From IMG/VR virus record IMGVR_UViG_3300013127_000001: a DNA stretch of 64,000 nucleotides. The stretch is one strand, 5' to 3'. The DNA is from an uncultured virus (IMG/VR IMGVR_UViG_3300013127_000001) (taxonomy: Duplodnaviria; Heunggongvirae; Uroviricota; Caudoviricetes). Under the pieces are notes generated by a model that was not told the origin of the DNA, did not search any database, and saw nothing but the letters and a program-made list of their open reading frames with translations. Position 1 is the first letter of the stretch. Each line of letters opens with the position of its first letter. A program made the translations under genes and the position numbers. Below, in pieces: positions 57,994 through 64,000 of this stretch.

Positions 57994-59754
57994 TTATTGG
58001 TAAGCTGCTTGCTGCTGCTGCTGTTGTTGAATAATGTTTCCTTGTTGTTGTGGCGCAGTGCCTTGCGTCGGATCCTCAATAAACTGCTGTACACGGCCGT
58101 CTTCATTTGCTTTTTGCTGTGCCGCTTGCTGTGCGGCTACTGAAGCTTGTGGTGAGCCGTTATAAGCCTCCATCAGCTTCGGAATATGCGGATTTTGCAT
58201 CAACATATAAGCCAAAGGCAAACCAATACCGCCGAGAGCTGCACCACTGCCACCACCAAGACCATAACCAAGTGCAGCACCTCCGCCACCAAGCAACAAC
58301 GGAATCAACCAATTCTGATTCTGGCTAAAAAACTGACCAGCCTGGCCACCAAGACCGCCGAGCAAGTTACTAAGACTAAAGTTGCCTTGTGCGTCAGTAA
58401 ACTGACCCATCATATTGTTAGCTCGCTGAGAAGCGTCTTGCACGCCTTGCACAGCTTGACTGCCTTGTGCAAGTAGGTTGTCTAGCTCACCAAGACGTTG
58501 CTGCACTGCTGGGTTTTGAAATGCAGCATCTGCCAGTGCTTTTTCATCTGGCTTCATACCAGCCAGGCCGCGCTCAATAGCTCCAGGCAACTGCATTCCA
58601 CCGTATCCAATACCACCAAGAGCTGCACCAGCACCGATAGTACCTAGGTTCCTTCTAGCAATACCGGGAGCTGCGGCAATGCCGCGACCAGCAGCTCCCA
58701 ACGGATACTTTGCAAGATACAAAGGATCCATGTGTTGCACTATTGGAGTAGTATTTATTTTCGTACCTGGAATTCTTCCGGGCAAAAGACCAGCAAGCTG
58801 ACCATAGCGTGCAAATTCTGACGGATTTACATCATAACCTAAAGCGTTTGCACCCATACCCATGGTGTAACCAGCACCTGCACCACCCATGGCACGACGC
58901 TGGATATCTTGAATTGTTCTACCTGCATTAGGTGCAAACCTGCCAAGTGTGCCTCCTGTCAAAGCACCAACTCCCATGCTGCTCAACACGCCAGTCAAAG
59001 AAGGGTCTTCAGACATTAAGCCTGTATGCGGATTAAATGCACCCGTTCCTGCCCCTGTTAATGCTTGTTGTGCAATAGGACTGTTTTTGACAGCGCTTGC
59101 AGTGTTACTTACTGCTTGTCCTGCTCGCGCTAACGGACTAACAGCTTTCTGAGCTACAGGCGCTGCTTTTTGTACTACATTTGCAGCGTCATCTGCCATA
59201 GGTGCTACTGCTTTTGCAGCAGGCGCAAAGTAACGGCCAGCTGCACCTAAACCCTTCTGTAAATACGGCAAGGCTCTTGTGGCTACTTGCAAAAAAGCAA
59301 TCTTTTCAATTCCGGAATTTAGTTCGCTGGCTACTTTTTTGCCAAAGCGATCGCTGGCAAGTTTTACTGCCTGCCGAATTTCCTGCTCACCCATGCCAGC
59401 CTGAATTAGTCGACCAAAAAAGTTAGCCTGAAAACTGTTGAGCCCAGCCTTCTTCATGTACGCATCCAAGCTTTTGAAAGCGTCTTCACCTTTAGCGTCG
59501 GCCGCAGGATCAATCTTGTACTTCTTGTGACCTTCACCAGCCGCAGATGGATCCATGTTACAGCCAGACATTGCACGCTTGGCCATGGCTTGCTGAATAC
59601 CGCCAGCGTCAGCTGATGTCGCATGCACAGGTTGTGTCTTGGACAGCGGATTTGGATTTGTTGGAAGCGTGCTTCCCGCGGGAAACGAAGCAGCATATTG
59701 ATTGTTCATGAGCGGCATGGGCATGAAACCACGCTGAGATGGTGTATTAAACAT
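57994..59754 (-). CDS. Large glycine-zipper K-x-A protein with Gln-rich tail
   Basis: AAGGAGG RBS before ATG 59754; AKRA, MKKA, VKLA, IEKIA|F, then many GxxxG segments. Confidence 0.75.
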   Translation of the reverse strand: MFNTPSQRGFMPMPLMNNQYAASFPAGSTLPTNPNPLSKTQPVHATSADAGGIQQAMAKRAMSGCNMDPSAAGEGHKKYKIDPAADAKGEDAFKSLDAYMKKAGLNSFQANFFGRLIQAGMGEQEIRQAVKLASDRFGKKVASELNSGIEKIAFLQVATRALPYLQKGLGAAGRYFAPAAKAVAPMADDAANVVQKAAPVAQKAVSPLARAGQAVSNTASAVKNSPIAQQALTGAGTGAFNPHTGLMSEDPSLTGVLSSMGVGALTGGTLGRFAPNAGRTIQDIQRRAMGGAGAGYTMGMGANALGYDVNPSEFARYGQLAGLLPGRIPGTKINTTPIVQHMDPLYLAKYPLGAAGRGIAAAPGIARRNLGTIGAGAALGGIGYGGMQLPGAIERGLAGMKPDEKALADAAFQNPAVQQRLGELDNLLAQGSQAVQGVQDASQRANNMMGQFTDAQGNFSLSNLLGGLGGQAGQFFSQNQNWLIPLLLGGGGAALGYGLGGGSGAALGGIGLPLAYMLMQNPHIPKLMEAYNGSPQASVAAQQAAQQKANEDGRVQQFIEDPTQGTAPQQQGNIIQQQQQQQAAYQ

Positions 59755-59788
59755 AGACGCCTCCTTGGCCTTTGAAGTGTGAGCAGTA

Positions 59789-61747
59789 TTATCGTGCAAC
59801 AAGGCGTTGCAAAGCAATTTGAGCTGCGGACTTTTCTTCGTCATCAGCTTGATCTTTCTGACTGCGAAGCATCCACAAGTGCTTTTCTAGCTTGTGGGTC
59901 ATGTCTTGCAGCATATTGCTAGTAACAGGATCTGAGTCGGTGCTTTTGATCGCTTTGTTGAACATGTCGCACAAGCTTTTCAGCCTGGTTGTCAGCTCGT
60001 TAACAATTAAAGGCGGGCTCATGAACTTTAGCGGGAGCGCCGCCATCGCCGTTTGAGCTGCCATTTCTTCCACCAGACCAGAAGCTGGGTGACCCAACGC
60101 AACCATCCTTTCGGCAATGTCATCGCTTGTCTCCACAAGAGTACCGTAAACTTCATCCAAAAAGTCATGCAGCGGCTTGAACATGGTGCCTCGAGCATTC
60201 CAATGACAATGCTTAAACAACAGGCTCAGGTCGATGCAGTTAAAAACCAGATTTTGTAGCGTGTCTTGCATGCCGTCAGCTGCTTGTTTCATTGGACTAC
60301 CTTCTTCTCTTAAAACGTCACGAAACTGCTCGTTGAGCTTCTCCTTGCGAGCAGCCAGCGCTTCAAGGATTTCGTCACCTGTACGTTGCCGCTTAGCTCC
60401 CAAAAGTCTCATTATAAGCGATGGGTCTTGACTTTCCGAGATGTATCTACGCACTGCTACGTTTTTTAGATCTTCTGGTAGCCCAGTATGACTGTCAAAG
60501 CGCAAACCACGGCCGCGAGCCTGACTAGAACGGCTTTCATGCCAGTGCGGATCAAGCAACTGGATCAAGTTCGTGCCTTTAGTACTAATGCCTTCTGCCC
60601 CAGCAGGACCAAGCAGCAAAGCTCTGAGCTTACCTTCGTTATAATCTTGCAGAGCTTGTCGTCGTGCCTGTACTGGCATGCTGCCGTGGAACATGCCATA
60701 AGGTATCTTGTCTCGCTTGAGTGCCGCAGCATAAGGCTGGAGCCCTGCATCAATGTAGTTGGAGTAGATAATTGCTTTCTTACGCGGATCAGTTTCAAGC
60801 TCTGCTTTGAGATCAGTCATGGCTTGCTGAAGCTTGCCAGACTCCTCAAACGCGTTTAGTGGATTCTTGTCTGCCCTGAACGGCATCGTAGAAAGACTGG
60901 ACTGCCGAAGACCTGTCAAAAAAGAGTTCAAACTAGCAAGTTCCTGCCTTGTTAGCGGAAACTCTTGGTCTAGCTTCCAGGCCCAACCTAGCGGAATTTT
61001 TGATCGAATGGCTTTCTGTATGCGTTTCTGGTCTTTAGACAGTGGTACACGCACTGTTTGCTCGTCAACGTTTACACCTTCAGGTGTCTTGCTAGGCTGA
61101 TAATCTACCTTGCCTTTGAGTAACTCGCGCAGCTTGGGCTCGTTTTTGAGCACACCTTCTTCACCTACGCCTTGGCCGGTAATGCGACTAAGCCAAGATG
61201 GGTAGACTTTCTTGTAACCAACAAACTGTTGCTCAAAGGTTTCAGGGCTTATTTGCTTGTTGTGCAGCAGGCTTAGCAAACCAGCCAAGTCGCTTGGTGC
61301 ATTAGTTACAGGCGTACCTGTAAGCAGCATCACGTTCTTGGCTTTTTGTGCTGCTTTGGCTGCGGCTCGAGAACTAGCAGTGTTTGGATTACGAAGTCTG
61401 TGTGCTTCGTCAAATATCAGCGTTTCGGTGTCTGGAGCTGGCTCTTTGCCCATACCAAGTCCGGTATAGCTTAATACCTCAGGCTGAGAGCCTTCTGTAA
61501 ACTTCTCAATCTCTTTCTCATAGTTTGGCCTGAGTGACGCAGGAGCCACAGCAGCATAAGGCCCACCAGCGGCTTCAGCTGCTGCCAGACTGGATAAGCT
61601 CTTACCGGAACCAAGTCCATGGTAAAGTAACAGCCGGTTATCTCCCTCCTGCAAGCGCTGTTTGACGCGCTCTTGATGCTCTTGAAGCTGTACGTCTGGC
61701 TTGAGCGCGGCTTGCTTGGCCAGTTCCGTAATTTGGGAAGCTACCAT
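59789..61747 (-). CDS. SNF2-family ATPase/helicase fused to a Dps (ferritin-like) domain
   Basis: HGLGSGKS, DEAH, LTGTP, AGAEG, QARGRGLR; then MKQAA and HCHWN...LHDFLDE...DDIAER, LEKHLWML. Confidence 0.9.
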   Translation of the reverse strand: MVASQITELAKQAALKPDVQLQEHQERVKQRLQEGDNRLLLYHGLGSGKSLSSLAAAEAAGGPYAAVAPASLRPNYEKEIEKFTEGSQPEVLSYTGLGMGKEPAPDTETLIFDEAHRLRNPNTASSRAAAKAAQKAKNVMLLTGTPVTNAPSDLAGLLSLLHNKQISPETFEQQFVGYKKVYPSWLSRITGQGVGEEGVLKNEPKLRELLKGKVDYQPSKTPEGVNVDEQTVRVPLSKDQKRIQKAIRSKIPLGWAWKLDQEFPLTRQELASLNSFLTGLRQSSLSTMPFRADKNPLNAFEESGKLQQAMTDLKAELETDPRKKAIIYSNYIDAGLQPYAAALKRDKIPYGMFHGSMPVQARRQALQDYNEGKLRALLLGPAGAEGISTKGTNLIQLLDPHWHESRSSQARGRGLRFDSHTGLPEDLKNVAVRRYISESQDPSLIMRLLGAKRQRTGDEILEALAARKEKLNEQFRDVLREEGSPMKQAADGMQDTLQNLVFNCIDLSLLFKHCHWNARGTMFKPLHDFLDEVYGTLVETSDDIAERMVALGHPASGLVEEMAAQTAMAALPLKFMSPPLIVNELTTRLKSLCDMFNKAIKSTDSDPVTSNMLQDMTHKLEKHLWMLRSQKDQADDEEKSAAQIALQRLVAR

Positions 61748-61992
61748 GGAATTCTGCTTACCAGCAAAGCTAAAGAAACCGCCACACAAAGCAGTCCAAG
61801 CCAGCCCAGAATTTTGATCGGTGACTTAGTGTGCTTCAAAGAAGCTAGAAACATCAAGTCAGTCACTACTGTCCACATAGCAAACAGCAGCGTTAGCAGT
61901 GGCCAGTTAAACCAAGCCAAAGCCAAAGTGCTCAAAGGCAAGCCAATGAGCACCAAGACAACAATGCTGACCAAGAATGCTAGGCTTTCCAT
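61741..61992 (-). CDS. Small multi-TM membrane protein
   Basis: Three hydrophobic segments; overlaps the start of the next gene. Confidence 0.6.
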   Translation of the reverse strand: MESLAFLVSIVVLVLIGLPLSTLALAWFNWPLLTLLFAMWTVVTDLMFLASLKHTKSPIKILGWLGLLCVAVSLALLVSRIPW

Positions 61993-61995
61993 AAT

Positions 61996-64000
61996 TTAGC
62001 AGTTCCATTTTCGCAAAGATTTGTTGATACGACTGTCTGGATCGTTTGCCGTTTCTTTACTGGTAAGCTTGCTCTTCATGCCGCCCATCCTGGCGCAAAA
62101 GCTGGCTTTGCGCCCTGCACGCTCGCCTTTGGGATTGCTTTCAGTAACTGGCGGCTTGATGTCGTGACCCTGTGCTTTGAGGCTGGCACGGCCTTTAGCG
62201 TTAAGCCCGCCTGAATCGCTCTGGCCTTCTTCGCGGGTCCAAGCACCTTCAGCTTGCTTAACTGCCAGTCGAGCCATTTTTTGAATTGGCGAATTGTCGT
62301 CAAAGCCACATTCACCGTCAGGCTTACCGCAACCACAGCTACACGCTTCAGCTCCTGCTTTCAAACTACCAAGACCGCCAGAAGCTGCGCCGGAAAGCAT
62401 ACCTGTCAATACGTTCATTAATCGACTTTTATCTTTTCCAGTTTCAGGATTTACGCCAGGGTTTTCAGCTAATCCTTTCAAGCCACCAAAAGCGCTACCT
62501 AAAACCAAGCTAGGAACGGCATTCATTGCCAATTGCGCTATAGCGTTTGCTTTCTTTTCTTCCTTTGGTTTACGCTCAAATTTCTCTTTCTTCTCAGCCT
62601 CAGGTTTAGCTTCGTTAGTCGCTTCAGACTCATCATTTTCAAACAGCTCAGGGTAGCTGGCCCGCATCGCATCTAACTTGGTGCGACCACGAAGCCGGTC
62701 ATAGAGCACCTCAGGCAAACCACGGGGAAAGTTGCGGGTAATGCCGCTTTTGCGAGGATGGTTCCATCGCAAGCCGATATAGGGGCTAATGCCGTAATCA
62801 GAGTTGACAGAAGGAGTAACGCCCATCGAAAAGCCTTTCCGGGGGCCACCAATGTCGATACCAGCCAACGGTATGGGCAACGTGCCTAGCAGATTGGTGT
62901 AGCCAAGCTCGCCACCAATGCCGCGACCTTTAGGATGCAGGCCCAAACTACCGCCGCCCCAAGCTAAAAACGCCTGCTTAATGTGCTGGTCGATGTTTGC
63001 TTGCTTCACTTTACTTTTTTTTTTCTTACCTGAACCGGCCGGTCGACAGCTGTCTTCACTGTAAGGTGCCTTGCCGGGTACAGGCTCATAACCTTTCCAG
63101 CAACGGGCTTGCTTAACTGCTTCCCGGGCAAGTAAAGCTACATCGCTTATGGAGAACGCCTCTTTTTCTTCCATTTTTGATCTACGCTCAAACGTTTGAG
63201 GTTTGCTTTCAGTCGGACTGGCAAGCTGCGTTTTGATGTTCTGACCGTAACCATGAAGTAAAGATGCGGGCGGGCCTACATAAGGTAGGTTACCAAGCGT
63301 ATAAAGGGCACTGCGAGCGCCACGCTGCTCAGGAATTGTTCGTTCACCTCGCATTGCTTTGACAGCTTCAACCTGTCCAGTGCGGTGCGGTCCACGCAAA
63401 GGCAACAGAAAAGCAGACAAAGCTGACAGCTTAGGATCTTTAGAATTAACTTTACCGGCCGCAGAATCTTCGTCATAAAAATGTCCGATTCGCTTCATTT
63501 CATTACGACGAACACGACCTGCATTTAACTTACCAGCTATTGCTCCAAGAAGCGCACCTGCACCGCCAAGTGTAGTAGGGGCTTCGCCGCTTGCTCTGCC
63601 TGTGAGGTAGTTTAAGCCTATACCAGCTCCTGTGCCTAATAACCCACCTAACCCTCCACCAACTAAAGAGTGACCAACAGTTTGCATATAAGGATGACGC
63701 ACGCCAAAAGTAGTCTTTTCACCAATAGCATCAGCCATGGCCTGAGTTCGACCCGCACGTTCTCCACCCCAATGTACTGGAGCTAGGTAATCAGCTAACG
63801 CTCCGCCCACGCTGTTCATGTCCACAATCTTCTTAGAAGGCGAATCTTTCTTTTTAGGCTTGTCTTCGTCTTCGGCCGCTTGCTTGACTGAAACCAAGAG
63901 TTGAGCGGCTTGGCGATGCAGCATGTTCAACGCGTCGCTGGCTTCTTTCTCTTTGACCTTCTCTGGCAGCTTTTTACCGCGGCTGGAATCATTCCATTCG
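61996..64000 (-). CDS. Modular K-x-A-punctuated polyprotein-like virion protein (5' end outside window)
   Basis: Frame stays open to the edge (EWNDSSRGKKLPEKVKEKEA...); modules separated by KQA/KEA/KKA; C-terminal AWTREEG...SFCARM...SLRKWNC domain. Confidence 0.8.
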   Translation of the reverse strand, partial: EWNDSSRGKKLPEKVKEKEASDALNMLHRQAAQLLVSVKQAAEDEDKPKKKDSPSKKIVDMNSVGGALADYLAPVHWGGERAGRTQAMADAIGEKTTFGVRHPYMQTVGHSLVGGGLGGLLGTGAGIGLNYLTGRASGEAPTTLGGAGALLGAIAGKLNAGRVRRNEMKRIGHFYDEDSAAGKVNSKDPKLSALSAFLLPLRGPHRTGQVEAVKAMRGERTIPEQRGARSALYTLGNLPYVGPPASLLHGYGQNIKTQLASPTESKPQTFERRSKMEEKEAFSISDVALLAREAVKQARCWKGYEPVPGKAPYSEDSCRPAGSGKKKKSKVKQANIDQHIKQAFLAWGGGSLGLHPKGRGIGGELGYTNLLGTLPIPLAGIDIGGPRKGFSMGVTPSVNSDYGISPYIGLRWNHPRKSGITRNFPRGLPEVLYDRLRGRTKLDAMRASYPELFENDESEATNEAKPEAEKKEKFERKPKEEKKANAIAQLAMNAVPSLVLGSAFGGLKGLAENPGVNPETGKDKSRLMNVLTGMLSGAASGGLGSLKAGAEACSCGCGKPDGECGFDDNSPIQKMARLAVKQAEGAWTREEGQSDSGGLNAKGRASLKAQGHDIKPPVTESNPKGERAGRKASFCARMGGMKSKLTSKETANDPDSRINKSLRKWNC

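Noticed and set aside
1..64000. Stop-codon recoding as in some large phages
   Set aside because: Genes are full length and densely packed under the standard code; TAG, TGA and TAA all end genes.
1..64000. tRNA, rRNA, integrase, transposase, terminase or portal genes
   Set aside because: None recognised by eye; divergent ones among the hypotheticals cannot be excluded without HMM searches.

Overview
64 kb of a large (probably jumbo) tailed phage genome. Almost every gene is on the minus strand; csrA is the only credible plus-strand CDS. Left to right it carries two GXT/GXS collagen-like fibre genes and a GT2 glycosyltransferase, then a head module (HK97-type major capsid protein, likely decoration protein, acidic scaffold-like protein, prohead protease). 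Next come many glycine-zipper internal-head-like proteins and a bacterial-type multisubunit RNA polymerase split unusually into beta+beta'(N) and beta'(C)+cargo. These are followed by a class II RNR, a SET-domain protein, csrA, a LuxR HTH and an ~18 kb sugar-synthesis/modification island (rmlA/B/C, glycosyl-, sulfo- and methyltransferases, tagD-like). The window ends with an SNF2-Dps fusion and a modular polyprotein. The strongest signal is a recurring K-x-A motif in head-associated proteins that sits at domain boundaries, typically ahead of cysteine-free segments; both RNAP subunits (~2,700 aa) appear to contain no Cys. I infer a protease-processed, virion-packaged injected cargo system that includes its own transcription machinery. 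Two intergenic regions look like unannotated structured RNAs. The host may be a planctomycete (inference). All assignments are by eye from motifs; no searches were run.
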